From assembly GCF_009834535.1 (NCBI RefSeq), contig NC_045696.1, positions 101,372,001 through 101,436,000 of the forward strand: a DNA stretch of 64,000 nucleotides, read 5' to 3'. Below, one piece after another: positions 13,229-27,083 of the stretch. This DNA is from Camelus ferus (taxonomy: Eukaryota). The position numbers and the translations under genes are program-made. Under the pieces are notes generated by a model. The model was not told the origin of the DNA and did no database searches. It worked only from the letters and a program-made list of their open reading frames with translations. The stretch's first letter is position 1. Every line of letters begins with the position of its first letter.

Positions 13229-15030
13229 GTGCAATTCACATAAGCCTTAATTTGAAAATTGTCTTACGAAGAAATATGCTGACTCCCCTACATTCTCTGA
13301 AAGGCAGAAGACCAAAGGAAATTCTCAATGATATGTACAAAAAACAAAAACAAAAAAACCAGGGCTACCGCCAAATTTGCCTCATTTCTGACTACAACAT
13401 AGGGTGTGATATATCCAATCATCCTTTGTTATTCCTGACACCCTTGGTGATCATTTTAAAACATTGCTAAAAAAAGTTGCACAAGAGTTCCTTTTTATTT
13501 AACAGAGTTTCTTTATATAAAATATTTTGTCTGTTTCTATAGGAAATTTATACCCTTGGCAAAAAAGGCATCAACATTTGCCTCCTTTAGACATTAGCAC
13601 AAGCTTAAACTCCCCACTCTTGTCTTTTAAAAGTATTTTCTAATGTGTCTACTATTTTTCAGCCCACCGCTCCATTATCTTCCAGTTTGAAGGGTTTTCA
13701 CCAGCAGAACTGTAAATACGATAGCAGAAATACACACACGTATGCAGTCACACTGTTACATATGTCCCTGAGAATAAGTTAGTGGCATGTGTGTCTCTGC
13801 AGCCACTGACTCACTTGTCCCAGGGTAAAGGTTTCTAATGCTTCTGATATTTCTGTCTTAGAACTGTAAAGTTAAAAATGAGCAAACACCACGAATTCGC
13901 TTTGCCTTTTAAGATTTCTCTGGCCCAGGATCAAAGAGTAGAAGAAGAAAAGCCCAAGATAAGGCTTAAAACTATGGAGCTAGCACAAAAGCAGAAGAAT
14001 TGAAAAGTCTGTTTGTAGTCGAAATAACTCTGACAACAACTGCTGAAGCCATAGAAACAGAGCCTCAGGTCTAGTTCGAATTTGGGGAATGAAAGAGAAG
14101 AACAGATGTTTCAGGTGCTGAAAATGTATTTGGAATCTAAACTCTCCTCATCTTCCTGAGAACTGACCTTTAAAAAAATCCACACTGCCACACACTTTAT
14201 TTGAAGTGAGTAAACAAAGCCGCAGAAAAGGGCGTCTGCCCATGGAGTGTGTCTATTGGAATCATTTCTGCAATAAAGAGAAAAGAGGAACATTACTTAG
14301 GTTAATACATAAATCACGTACCCCTTATAGAGAAGTGTGATTTTAGGCTCTGCTGAGACAAGTATAAAGAGAAATGTCTTTTTTTTTTTTTTTTTCCCAG
14401 AGAGGCTGCTTCATAAACAAAACATGAGCTTACCCAGCACTGCCCAGGCGCCAGACATCTGTCACTTCACAGATGTCCCCTCAATAACTCACCCAAACAA
14501 CGCTGCTCCTCTCCTGCCCACAAGGGCAGTGAGCCCATGCAGATGAATCCACCACAGTGTCTGGGGACTTACTGCCCCAAAGTCAGAATAGTCATTCCAG
14601 TTTACCTGAAAGTGATTTCTTTTCCTAGATGGCTCTTTCTACATGCTTCCCAATGCTCCGTTAAGGATTTGCATTATGAGTTTACATAAATGGTTGAATA
14701 TTGGAGGCTTTGAAAGTAAATCTTGGTATCAGAGCACTGGATCTGTGATTTTGTGAAACCTTTCCACTGTTACTTTTTGGGTTCAGGGCATCATAACTTT
14801 AATATCGCAAACAATAATTAGCTTACCTTTTAAGTTACAGGGAGCTGGACTAGTTAATCGTCTACAATGGAAACAATGCCCATATTATTGCGAGTCTTTG
14901 AAGCAGTGGGCTTGATTCACTAAAGCAAACTTAAGGCAACATATACAGAGAAAGCAATTCCATTCGTAAAATACTTTTCTCAGCTTATTGGTAGCTACAT
15001 CTGATACTTTCATCTCTTAAAAAAGAAAAA

Positions 15031-15265
15031 TTTTTTTTAACTTTTTTTATTGAGTTATAGTCATTTTACAATGCTGTGTCAAATTCCAGTTAGAGCAGAA
15101 TTTTTCAGTTATACATGAACATACATATATTCATTGTCACGTTTTTTTTTCACTGTGAACTACCACAAGATCTTGTATATATTTCCCTGTGCTATACAGT
15201 ATAATCTTGTTTATCTATTCTGCATATGCCTTTCACTATCTACAAATTTTGAAATCCCAGTCTGT
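15031..15265 (-). mobile_element. L1 3'UTR fragment (same 3' type as the 23717-25187 copy)
   Basis: Poly-T then attgagttatagtcattttacaat...tttttcagttatacatgaacatacatatattcattgtcac; reverse complement matches 24950-25170. Confidence 0.92.
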
Positions 15266-15759
15266 TTCTATAGGTTGATCTCATAGTAATATCAGTTCTT
15301 TGAATATTGCTGCCTTCAAGTTTCTGGAAACAAGAAAATGCAGTTATGAGTGTTAAAGTGTGTCCCTGGATTCTCATGAACTATAAATATTAATCAGAAA
15401 TCAGATGAAAAGAAAATTCAATATAAGTGTGTGTGGACTGAAGTACTTGAAAATGGGCTTGTATAAAGTAAAAACATACATATCTCTGTGTATATATTTA
15501 TAGACATTTTTTAGATATGCATGCTATAGTCAATTGGAGAATATTAGCAAGAGCTGCAAATCCTCTTCCTTGAGGATAAACATTTGGAGTGTCCATTTGC
15601 AGACCTCAGCTCCAAACTAAAATGGGAACCCCTTAAGTGTATTGGCCAAATGTCATCTCCTTTTTGCCACTTCTAATGTCCCCAACCCCACTCATGGCTA
15701 TCAGTTCTCAATAATGTAGAAGAAATGAGTCCTTTTTAAAAAAAATTTCTCTGTTGTCT

Positions 15760-16614
15760 TTCTTTTTTGTTTTTTTAATTGAAGTATAGTCAGTTACAAT
15801 GTGTCAATTTCTGGTGTGCAGCATAATGTCCCAGTCATGCATATACATACATATATTCACTTTCATATTCTTTTTCATTAAAGGTTATTACAAGATATTG
15901 AATATAATTCCCTGTGCTATGCAGAAGAAATTTGTTTTTTACCTATTTTTGTATATAGTTAACACTTGGAAATCTCTCCAAGATTTGTCCCTTCCCACCC
16001 CCGTCCTCCCAGTAGCCATAAGATTGTTTAGTATGTCTGTGAGTCTGTTTCTGTTTTGTGGAGGAGTTCATTAGTGTCCTCTTTCTTCTTTCTTTTTCTT
16101 TTTTTAGATTCCACATATGGGTGATACGTGGTATTCTTTCTTGTATGATCATCTCTAGGTCCATCCATGTTGTTGCAAATGGCATTATTCTATTCTTTTT
16201 TACTGCTGAGTAGTTTTTCATTGTATAAATATACCACAACTTCTTTATCCAGTCATCTGTCAATGGACGTTTAGGTTGCTTCCATGTCTTGGCTATTGTA
16301 AATAATGCTGCTATGAACTTTGGGGTACATGTATCTTTTTGAATTAGAAATTCCTCCAGATATATGCCCAGGAGTGGGATTGCTGGGTCATATGGTAAGT
16401 CTATTTTTAGTTTTTTGAGGAATCTCCATACTGTTTTCCATAGTGGCTGCACCAAACTACATTCCCACCAGCAGTGTAGGAGGGTTCCCTTTCCTCCACA
16501 GCCTCTCCAGCATTTATCGTTTGTGGACTTTTTAATGATGGCCATTCTGACTGGTGTGAGGTGATACCTCATTGTAGTTTTGACTTGCACTTCTCTGATA
16601 ATTAGTCATATTGA
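15760..16614 (-). mobile_element. 5'-truncated L1 with ORF2 C-terminal remnant
   Basis: ORF 15943-16590(-): [49 protein letters not shown] (ORF2 cysteine-rich C-terminus), then 3'UTR and poly-T. Confidence 0.97.
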
Positions 16615-17569
16615 AAAGAATGACTTTCTAAGTGGCTGAGTCAGGACAGAAGTGGCAAGCTTTTGTAGCTCTTACCATTGTGGTGGGTTAGATTTTTGAA
16701 ACCCAAATTTAGGTTTCTTTACTTTCTAACTCGCATGTTGTTCTACTCAAACTAGTGAAGAATTTGTTGGAGAAACTGAGAGATGCCCCAGCAACCTTTA
16801 CGCGGTGTTTGTCACCATCCATTTTACAGAAGGAACTTGGCGATGTGCCCTTGATGGCTCAGTGTTGATGTAAGAAGCAGATTTTCCACAGATGCTGAAG
16901 ACAAATCTGGAAACCTGACTCATGGGCAGATAAGCAAATGAACAGGGTTTAGGTGTGTGTCTCAGACCTCCAATTCATGCAGCTGCTTTGTCTTGACGTG
17001 GCTTGGTTACACTTTTTACTGGGGACTCTTAAAACCAGCTACCTGCCTTGAAAATGAGTTTGCACTGTATTTTGGGTAATTTACCTTTGGACGTTTTCCC
17101 AGCCCCTTCTCACATAGAACATTTTCAGTCACCCTTCTCCTTTGACATTATTTTAGGAATTTGGAGAGATGATTATAGACATAGAATCAGATACAGACCT
17201 AGATAGACATATGCTTATGAATGTACTGACCAAAAATAAGTTTTTTGAATCATCACATTATACGATTCATAACGCCACACAGGAGTAATTATAGAATTTT
17301 GTTATAGAAAATGGATGAGATAGGAGGTGAGAGCAATAGTATTATCATGGAAGAAACTTCTCTTTGTCATGGCCAATACCTACACAGATACTATGATAAG
17401 AAATCTCTACTGGAAACCAGAGATGCATATTGAGAATTATCCACCTATTTCATCTTTTCAGGCATACTAATATAAAAGTATAACCTACCATTCACACTAT
17501 TAGTGCTGTGTATGATGAACATATAAAGACTAAAACTTGGGAAATGTACTTGAATTCAAATAGAAAATT

Positions 17570-17830
17570 AATTAATAATAAATTTATTAGATTCTACCAC
17601 AATTTCTGAAATCATTATAAATCAAGCAATGCTTTTAAAACTACTTAAATAGTTTAAAAATAGTTATGTATTTAAAATAGTAATATATTAATATAAATTT
17701 AATACATTTATATAAATTTTAAGTAGTGATATATTTAATAGTAAAATTGTAATTATTCATAATTCTTATCAATATAACAAATTTTGAGGTAATATGTGTA
17801 TGGAAGTAATTTAAAGGAGCAAATCATTAA
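17570..17830. repeat. Extremely AT-rich low-complexity tract
   Basis: atagtttaaaaatagttatgtatttaaaatagtaatatattaatataaatttaatacatttatataaatttt. Confidence 0.7.
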
Positions 17831-18506
17831 TAAGGTAATTAATACAAGTAAATGAAATATTAAATTATCCTGCAATGCTTGATATTTACTTATACTTCAT
17901 TTCATATCAGGAACCTAAACTAAATCAGCACTTGCTTATGATGAGATACATTAATCAGGGCATGTGGTTTTATGCATACAGAGCCTGCTTGGATACCTTA
18001 CAAATTCAACAACAGAAATTAGTTTTAAGATAATGTCTTACTCATTTCTACGTATCCCCCAGTACCTCACAGGATTTTGCACATATTTTGCACACAATAT
18101 ATTTTTTAATTGAGTTAAACTATGTGGAATATATTTCTGCATTATTCCAATCAATAGTCATTCAAGGGGAAAAACACCTAAATCATGTTTTCTAATACTG
18201 GTCCATTGAGTTATGGCTGGTTTTTCCTTCCACAGAGAAGTTGTAGGACATCTGGGTATTGCCAGATGCTTCTGTTATAAATAGTGTTAAAGCCTTTCTG
18301 CATGTGAGCATTATGTGATTATCTCCTTGGGGAGTCTAATTTTTATTGTGATCACTCTGCAGTTCATTTTAGTGAGTATTCATATTCACTATCAAGATGT
18401 GTTCTTTATCACTAAATGTCTGCTTAGTTGTTTAAATGTCCAGGCAATAGCGAAATCCAGAATTTGCCAAGCTCCAAATCCCACGTTGTTTCCTCTCCTA
18501 TGTAGA

Positions 18507-18859
18507 TGTCTTAGGTCCCGCAGCTAGAACAGGAACACTATAGCCGCTGTGGTTTAAACAGAAAACCTTTTATTTCTCACAATTCTGGAGGCTGAGAAGT
18601 CCAAGACTAAGGTTCTGGCAGATTTGGTGTCTGGTGAGGGCCCACTTCCTGGTTTGTAGATGGCCATCTTGTATCCTCACATGGTGGACAGCAGAGAGAG
18701 TTGGCTATCTTGTTCCTCTTCAAAGGAAATGAGTCTCATCATAGGAATCCACCTTCATGACCTAATTACCTCCCAAAGGCCCATCTCCAAATACCATCAC
18801 ATTAGGGTTTCCGTATCTGAATTTTCTGTCTATGGGCTTAACATTATCCACAGTTTGCA
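18507..18859 (-). mobile_element. MaLR solo LTR (MLT1A/MLT1A0-like)
   Basis: tttatttctcacaattctggaggctgagaagtccaagac...tctggtgagggcccacttcctgg...catgacctaattacctcccaaaggcccatctccaaataccatcac. Confidence 0.92.
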
Positions 18860-19214
18860 ATACATCACTGCACAAGGGATACAGGTAACTGACAAGCATC
18901 CCTACAGAAGCAAGCTTCTTGTGGTCCTTTACATTTGTAATGCAGGGCCCATCACCACAGAGACCCTAGACGTAGCAGGCGGCAGGAGTAACTCTCAACT
19001 GGGAGTAAATATTAAAATCTCAAGTATACCTTTGGTTTGTCCCTTTCATGTAATTCTTATTATGTCTCTTAGCTTGTTTGGGGCAAGCAATGGGGAGAGG
19101 ATATTCTGGGAGTCTTATTACCATTTAAAATAATTTATGTCCTGGAAAGAACCATTCAGCTGCGACAAACATCTCCCCAAGCCCCAGGATGCTGGTCTAC
19201 AGAATGGCTATAGG

Positions 19215-19665
19215 ATCTACCCTACCTCACCTTCACCAGGTTATTGTAAATATGCAGTAATAGCTGGAGCACTCATTATGTGTTAAGCATAATTTTAAGA
19301 GCTTTACAAGCTCATGGATTCCCAAATGTGTGCTTTCAGTGGGTTTCAGGTGTTTCCAAGATAATAATCTCCACACAGCTCTCAGGGTAGCCATGCAGGT
19401 GCCGGGACAATTACAAGCCCCAGGCTGGACCTCCTAGACCACACCTGCCATGAAGTACCTCATCATTTCACCTCAGTATGCCAGAGAAATAGCTGAATGT
19501 TTTTATATATATATATATATATATATAAATAAAAGGAACTAAAATAAAGATGAGGAGCATGAATTAATTGATTTAATTCTCACAATAACCTTACAAAGTA
19601 CATACTAATATTATCACCATTTTGCAGATATATAACTTGAAGCTCAAGAATATATAGCGTTAAGT
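19215..19665 (-). mobile_element. MIR remnant split by a DNA-transposon MITE
   Basis: agcactcattatgtgttaagcataattttaagagctttaca ... tttaattctcacaataaccttacaaagtacatactaatattatcaccattttgcagat. Confidence 0.65.
19312..19560. mobile_element. hAT-Charlie-like non-autonomous element containing a (TA)n run
   Basis: ttcccaaatgtgtgc...gtgggtttcaggtgtttccaagataataatc...cctcagtatgccagagaaata; (TA)n at ~19504-19527; terminus gatgaggagcatg. Confidence 0.55.
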
Positions 19666-20474
19666 AAATGATGAATTTTGGAAAGATGATTTATATGAAA
19701 ATAATTTGGAAGAAGGCAAATAAAATGACTGCTATGTACTCCTTTTAATAATAGGTACATTATGCCAATATCAAAGCTTTGTTAAAGCACAAAGCAAACA
19801 GAGAACTGTGAGGCTTATACCAATGTCTCTTAAAGCTATGTGGTTGTCACATGACCACCCTTCCCAAGGGGCTAGATTTGATGTCTTCACTGAAGTCTCC
19901 TTAAATCCTCTGCATTATTGCAATGTGGTCAACCATAGCCTAGCCAATATGGTGATTCCTCCAAGGGAATATAATTATGTACCCAAGGTCGATAGTTGAC
20001 TGTCAGCAACAGTGGACTTCATAGATGAAATAAAAGTAAGCAATTCAATTCTGGGAAATGGAAGGGAGCGACGCTGACCTGTGATTTTTCCAAAACAAGT
20101 TTACGTATTTTAAGTATTATTTTTTCATGTTGACATGTTACAGTTCTAATGTTACTGGATGAATACCCTGTTGCTCTAAAACCAGCTTCACTGGCATGGC
20201 TCATGGCCCTAAATTATCTGATTTCAAACCCCCTTCCTGTCTTAATTTACCTCCTTATTCTTGAACTTTCATTGAATTTAAAGGTCAAATAGCACAGTGA
20301 GGCTTTTTTAAAACTAATCTTGGTGGGAAGGGTGGGGAGTATAGTTTTCTTCTCCCCATTTCAATTACAAACTCCCAGAGAACTGCAAGTATGCATTTAA
20401 CTTTATAGATCCTATTGTATAACTTAAAGTATAACAGTGACTCAGTAATTTTTGCAAACTGAATTATGTGTCTA

Positions 20475-22545
20475 CGCAAAAAAATTTATTGCACAGCTTT
20501 TGTGCTAGTGACTAGGGAAATAATGATGATCGAGTTAGATAAAATCACTGCTCTAGTGGACATTGCAACACAGAGATGTTGAAGCTGATAAGATGAGGTT
20601 CCAATATAGTATGATATGTGTGGGAAAGTACAGCTTTCAGATCCCTCAAAAATAGGGGAAAGAGAATTCACACGTTGGGGGAGTGGGAAGGTGGAGAGGC
20701 ATCAGGAATAATATCCCAGGAAAAAAAGGCTATATTGGAGTCATAACATGAAGGTTACTAAGGTAAAGAAGTTGGGGAAGAAATCATAGAAGAGAAAATG
20801 GAACAAGAGGGAAAGAACTGGCCTTAACGAGACTAAACATCTTTAGATAAAGAAAAATAATTTTGTGTGGGTGAAGTATCCCAGAGAGAGATGAAATATG
20901 AGCAGAAGAAAGCTTCATAAGCCATAGACAGAGGTTTGAACATTTTTTGAGTAGCAACAAGAAGAGCTTGAATAATTTAAGCAAGGTAGTGGCATAATCA
21001 GATATTTAGATTTTGAAAAAGATTTCTAGCTATAATGTGAAACAGTGACCAAAGGCAGGAAAAGTCATGATTAAGTTCTAACATGAGAACAATTTCACAG
21101 TGAACAAGGGCTAATGGACAAGCTTAAAAGATATTTGAGAATTAGAATCAACAGATTTTGGTAACCGATTTGTTCAGAGACATAGGGTAAAGGAGTGCTA
21201 AGAGTCTTGCATGATCCTCATATTTCTGGCATGGGTAACCGGGTGGATGGTAATCCTGTTTCCTTAAATAGATACCCCAGGAGAAACAAGTTTTCCACAG
21301 TAGATGCCTAATTCAATTTTGGATGAATTGATTTGAAAGTACCAGTAAAAATGCAATTAGAAATGTCCAATAAGTGGATGGATATGCAGGTCTGGACTCA
21401 GGAAAGAGATCTAAATCAGACATAGCGTTGGGAAATGTCAACATCTATTTTGCGTTTAAAGCCACGGGAGTCATTAGGCTCCTAAGGGAGAAGTGGGATG
21501 AGAAGAGGACCTGGTATTTAAGAGACAAATAACATTGCGGAGGCTGAGGAAAAGCTAGAATAACAGGCTGAGATCCAGGCAAGTTTATGACCTTAGACAT
21601 CCTGAAAAAGGAGTTTACTGAGGAATGAGTGATGAGCTCTGTTAAATGTCACCAATGGGTCGAAGTTGTGAAACAGCACATTATATTTATCAAAAAGATG
21701 CCATTGGTGACTGTGACAAGAAAATTTTGAGAGAAATGGTAGGAGATGAGAAAATAGAGCCAGCAAGTATGATATCTCTTTTATGAAATTGTCTTGTGAA
21801 GGAAGAAGATAAAGAATAAATATAGGTAAAGAGAATATGGGACAGAAAGACTATCATTTTTTAAGGGAGAAGAGACTTGAGGATGTTTAAATCTGATAGA
21901 GAATGAACAGGAGAGAGGGGAAATGTGAAGCTGCAGGGAGAAGGAACATAGTCAATAGATCAGTGTTCCTGTGAAAACAATGAAACAGGACCCATGGATC
22001 AAATGGCCGACTGGCTTGGAGCAGAAGGTGGTACTAGTAACTCCTCAACTGTAACAAGATAGAAAGTGGGAAGAATGGATATGGGGTGGGTGAGCTTATG
22101 ACTTTAATGGCTAGAGGCTGAGGGAATCCCATCAGACATTAGTGAATGCTGGCACAGGATGGAGCAAAGGAGTGGGGAATGCTGAAAGAGTTGAATGGAG
22201 AGAGAGAAAATATATAAGGGTAGGAACTAGGGATTCCCAAAACATTTAAGAACAAGAAAGTTGGAAAAACTAAGTGAGAAAGGTGAGGGGCTGGAGTTTA
22301 TGGTCACAGAGTTGGATGATTTAATTTAGAATTTCAGAGGTGAGATTGTGCAGGTGATGGCAAGGAGCAAGATCTAACTATGTTAATGGATTCATAAAAT
22401 GACACAGAAGTGAGAGGCAATGAGTTTGGGGGAGAAGAGTTGAGAATCCAGAGCTTTAGATGGTTCATTTCATGGATAAGAATGCCACCCAGAATTATTA
22501 TGAGGATTGAAATGCAGAAGAACGCAGCCAGGAATTTAAGAATGA
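20475..22545 (-). mobile_element. Long L2 remnant (3' end into ORF2 region)
   Basis: Purine-rich antisense L2: gtccaataagtggatggatatgcaggtctggactcaggaaagagatc, gatgccattggtgactgtgacaagaaaattttg; may continue briefly after the L1 at ~23212. Confidence 0.8.
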
Positions 22546-22552
22546 GTGCAGA

Positions 22553-23196
22553 CATTTGTCTTTCTCTGTCTGAAACTTCACTTAGTATGATAATCTTTAG
22601 GTCCATCCATGTTGCCACAAATGGCATTATTTCATTCTTTTTATGGCTGAGTAATATTCCAGTGTGTGTGTGTGTGTGTGTAATATATATATATAAAAAT
22701 ATATATATGTATGGCTATATCACATCTTCTTTATCCACTCATCTGTTCATGAACACTTAGGTAGGTTGTTTCCATGTCTTGGCTATTGTAAATAGTGCTG
22801 CTATGAACATTGGGGTGCTTGTATCTTTTTTTAATTAAAGACAAATATATGGTATCATTTATATGTGGAATTTTAAAAAATGATACAAATGAACTTATTA
22901 CAAAGCAGAAACACATACACAGTTATAAAAAGCACTCTTATGGTTACCAAAGGGGAAGGGAGGGGAGGGATAAATTAGGAGTTTGGGATTAACAGATACA
23001 CAGTAGTGTATGTAAAAGAGATAAACAACAAGGACCTACTGTATAGCGCAGGGAACTATGTTCAATATCTTTTAATAACCTATAATGGAAAAGAATCTGG
23101 AAAAGAAAAAAATACATATATAGAATCATTTTGCTGTACACCTGAAACTAACATAACATTGAAAATCAACTATACTTCAATTTAAAAAATTTTAAA
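22553..23196 (+). mobile_element. 5'-inverted (twin-primed) L1 insertion
   Basis: 22553-22836 antisense L1, 22837-23196 sense L1 3'UTR with A tail; decayed 15-bp TSD aagaatgagtgcaga / aagaacaaatgtaga. Confidence 0.9.
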
Positions 23197-23716
23197 AAGA
23201 ACAAATGTAGAAGAGAAGGCACATGCTGTCTTGCAGTGGGCAAAGGATCAGGAACTAAAATCATGAGCCTAGTTCTTCAGTTCAGCTGGCCCTTAGGTGC
23301 AGCAGTTCCCTGATGGATAGAGGACGGTCTCCCAGAAGCAATCACTGTGTGCACGCTGACTATGTAAGTCCTAGCCTAACTGAGCAAAATATTTTTCTGT
23401 TTTCATATAAAATAGCAGCAGTTTCTGGTGGCCAGGAGAGTGTTCTGGAAGGAATCAGTCATGGTCTGTTTTGAGTATGTAGTCTGGGTTTAACACACTA
23501 GCTCTCTGAGAGGGTGACACAGCCTGCAAGCTCTGGGTAGAAAACGCTGAAGCCAGGTCATTGCTTGGTCTTTTGATGAGAAGCATTCCTAGAACAAAGG
23601 GAAATAAAGTGGTATTCCAGCCATAGTTTTAAGAATTTTAAGCTTTGAAAATTTAAATCATTCTAAACTGGCGTATGTCTACATGTACAATGGATTTAAT
23701 CCATTTGTGTTTGGAC

Positions 23717-25187
23717 TAACAATAGAGAGCCCAGAAATGAACCCACAAACTTTTGGTCAACTTATCTTAGACAAAGGAGGCAAGAACATACAATGAAATA
23801 AAGACAGTATCTTCAACAAATGGTGTTGGGAAAACTGGACAGCAGCACGTGAATCAATGAAGCTAGAACACTCCCTTACACCGTACACAAAAATAAACTC
23901 AAAATGGATCAAAGACTTAAACATAAGACAAGATACAATAAACCTCCTAGAAGAAAATATAGACAAAACATTATCTCACATACATCTCAGCAATGTTCTC
24001 CTAGGGCAGTCTACCCAAGGAATAGAAATAAAAGCAAGTATAAACAAAAGGGACCTAATGAAGCTTACAAGCTTCTGCACAGCAAAGGAAACCAGAAGTA
24101 AAACAAAACGACAACCTACAGAATGGGAGAAAATTTTTGCAAATGAAACTGACAAAGGCTTGATCTCCAGAATATATAAGCAGTTAATATGACATAATAA
24201 GAAAAAAACAAACAACCCAATCCAAAAAATGGGCAGAAGACCTAAACAAGCAATTCTCCAAGGAAGAAATACAAATGATCAATAGGCACATGAAAAAATG
24301 CTCAATATCACTAATTATCAGGAAATGCAAATCAAAACTACGATGAGGTATCACCTCACACCAGTCAGAATGGCCATCATTCAAAAGTCCACAAATGACA
24401 AATGCTGGAGAGGCTGTGGAGAAAAGGGAACCCTCCTACACTGCTGGTGGGAATGTAGTTTGGTGCAGCCATTGTGGAAAACAGTATGGAGATTCCTCAA
24501 AAGACTAGGAATAGACTTACCATATGACCCAGGAATCCCACTCCTGGGCATATATCCAGAAGGAATCCTACTTCAAAAAGACACCTGCACCCCAATGTTC
24601 ATAGCAGCACTATTTACAATAGCCAAGATATGGAAACAGCCTAAATGTCCATCAGTAGATGACTGGATAAAGCAGAAGTGGTATAGTTATACAATGGAAT
24701 ACTATTCAGCCATAAAAATGACAACATAATGCCATTTGCAGCAATATGGATGCTCCTGGAGAATGTCATTCTAAGTGAAGTCAGACAGAAAGAGAAAGAA
24801 AAATACCATATGATATTGCTCATATGTGGAATCTTAAAAAAAAAAAAAAAAAAAAAAGAAGACAAATGAACTTAAACATAAAAAAAAAAAAAAAACTCAT
24901 AGACATAGAATACAAACTTGTGGCTGCCGGTGTGGGGAGGGGTGGGAAGGGACAGAGTGGGAGTTTGAAATTTGTAGATGCTGACAGGTATATATAGAAT
25001 AGATAAACAAGATTATACTGTATAGCACAGGGAAATATATACAAGATCTTGTGGTAGCTCATGGTGAAAAAGAATGTGACAATGAATATATGTATGTCCA
25101 TGTATGACTGAAAAATTGTGCTGTATACTGGAAATTGACATAATATTGTAAACTGACTATAATTCAATAAAATCAAATTTTAAAAAA
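23717..25187 (+). mobile_element. 5'-truncated young L1 (~1.5 kb) with frameshifted ORF2 C-terminus
   Basis: ORFs 23857-24192 ([37 protein letters not shown]) and 24298-24729 ([36 protein letters not shown]); complete 3'UTR. Confidence 0.98.
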
Positions 25188-26959
25188 GAGAGAGTTAACA
25201 TTATTCCAAACAACAAGGAAAGGAGTCATCACCATGGAGGATGTCCCTTGTGAATTATTCAATATCAGACACAAACAATAATCTAAAGGCACTCTATAGC
25301 CAGTTGGAATAAGTGCATTATTTTCTCTTCTGTCAGGAAAAAAAAAGTTTTAAAGTAGAATTAGGAGAATTTTTTTAAAAATTCCCTTTCCTTTTCCAAA
25401 GTAAGCTAAATACCATGAATATAATTAAATCTTTTTAGCCTTTTCAATGTGTTTATCTTTTTTTTTCCCCTTTCTACTGAATGTTCTAAAATGTAAGGCA
25501 GAACACCTTCTTGTGCGTCCTCAGAGGGGCAATCTGATGCTAATCTGGAGAAGACAGTGAAATTTGCTAAATGTGAAATCTAGACATTTTGTGTTCTTTC
25601 CATATTATTTTTTTTCTTTTTTGCCCCAACTGCATTTATCACATAAGAATTTGTTAAGTAGAATGCCATGTGAACATGAGTTTCCACTTACAGCTTCTTT
25701 GTAAATTTTTAAGGTATAAACATTCTGCTTCTGACTCCAACTGAACTTACCAAACATTGAGAAAGTTATCACCATATCATTATGTTGAGGTTTTATCTCT
25801 GCAGGGAAGAACGCTGGATTTACAAATTTTCGATTTCTTTTTCAGTCTGAAAAATGGTCTTATGAATGTTTTGTTCAATTAAAGAAATCAATGCCATAGT
25901 TTATATATTTAAATGTATGTTTTACAAAAAATGTTCATGAGTATTTCTTGGCGTTTCAAATGAAAATACTCCCCAATTTTTATAATCTTCAAATATGTTA
26001 TCAACATGCATTTTCAATATCATTTGGAGAGAGTCTGGAATGAAGATTTTTATGAAACTATAAGAATTAATAAAAATAGAGTTGTTAAGTAGTGCCAACC
26101 TCCAGAAGGTTTTCCTGTCACAAATATGTAGAAGTGTGATAACTTCATGCTTGTCTTTGGGTTATATACTTCTCACTTCAAACTAATTTTAAGAAATGCT
26201 TCATATTTAAAAAGTCTTCACAAAGGGTACTTTCTCAAAAATCTTTTCACCCTTTGGGAATGCCAGAATCCTGCAGAAAAAACACTTGGCCATTATGTTC
26301 ATTTCAATCCCTGCACCCAAGTCACAAATCAGAGGCTAAGTGTTGTCTGTAATTAGCAGAGAACATGGAGGTGTTTCAGTAGTACCCCATGTTCGGTCCT
26401 CTCAATACCCCAAGACCAGTCTGCTAAGAGAATGGAATCATCATGGCTATTTCAAACTAAAGCAGGGCTCTAAAATCCACATGTGATAGACCTAGAATTT
26501 GCCTAAACCACAAACACAAGCCTCCCTGAGCAGCAGTGAAAAAAACAGAAATAAAGGGTCAAGAAATGTGCACTCCACTCTGCCATTGCTCCACTGTGTC
26601 CCCCAGGCCCCACCTCTCTGGTTCTCATTCCTCTCAAATCCCCAGGACTGCATTCTGCCCCTCATTCTCATGCTATCCTGGAGCCTTGGCCCCACACTCC
26701 AGGGCTCTTTCCTCCTGTCCAAGAATTAGCATCTTAGGGAAGCTGGAGTTCTTGGATGCCTTCCCCAACAGTGAGAACCAGATGAAAGGATGACCCCACC
26801 ATCCTGCTTAGAGGAACGAAGACAGGCAGGTGTAGTCCGATCTCTGAAAAGCTTTCATTTCATTGAAATGTGGCTAATATATACTTAGAATTTAAGATTT
26901 ATTAGCATTTTCCTTCATTTATATGTGAATATATTTGTGAGTTACATAGAGAATTATAA

Positions 26960-27083
26960 CAGAATAAAACCATTTGTTCAAAATTAATTCTAAAAGGAAA
27001 AAGATGCATTTTGTGTTCCAAACAACTGAAGTGTAAATAAATTTTGGGACACAGCCCATTTTTGAGATGAGAATGATCTCTGT
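26960..27083 (-). mobile_element. Possible TcMar-Tigger fragment
   Basis: Reverse complement tacagagatcattctcatctcaaaaatgggctgtgtcccaaaatttatttacacttcagttgtttggaacac resembles a Tigger terminal region starting at a TA. Confidence 0.45.

Noticed and set aside
15943..16590. Longest ORF (215 aa) and the similar ORFs at 23857-24729, 43156-43602 and 56610-56936 as genes
   Set aside because: All are 5'-truncated LINE-1 ORF2 C-terminal remnants; their antisense ORFs are the usual L1 shadows.
18660..19133. 157-aa ORF
   Set aside because: Starts inside an MLT1A LTR and has no recognisable protein features.
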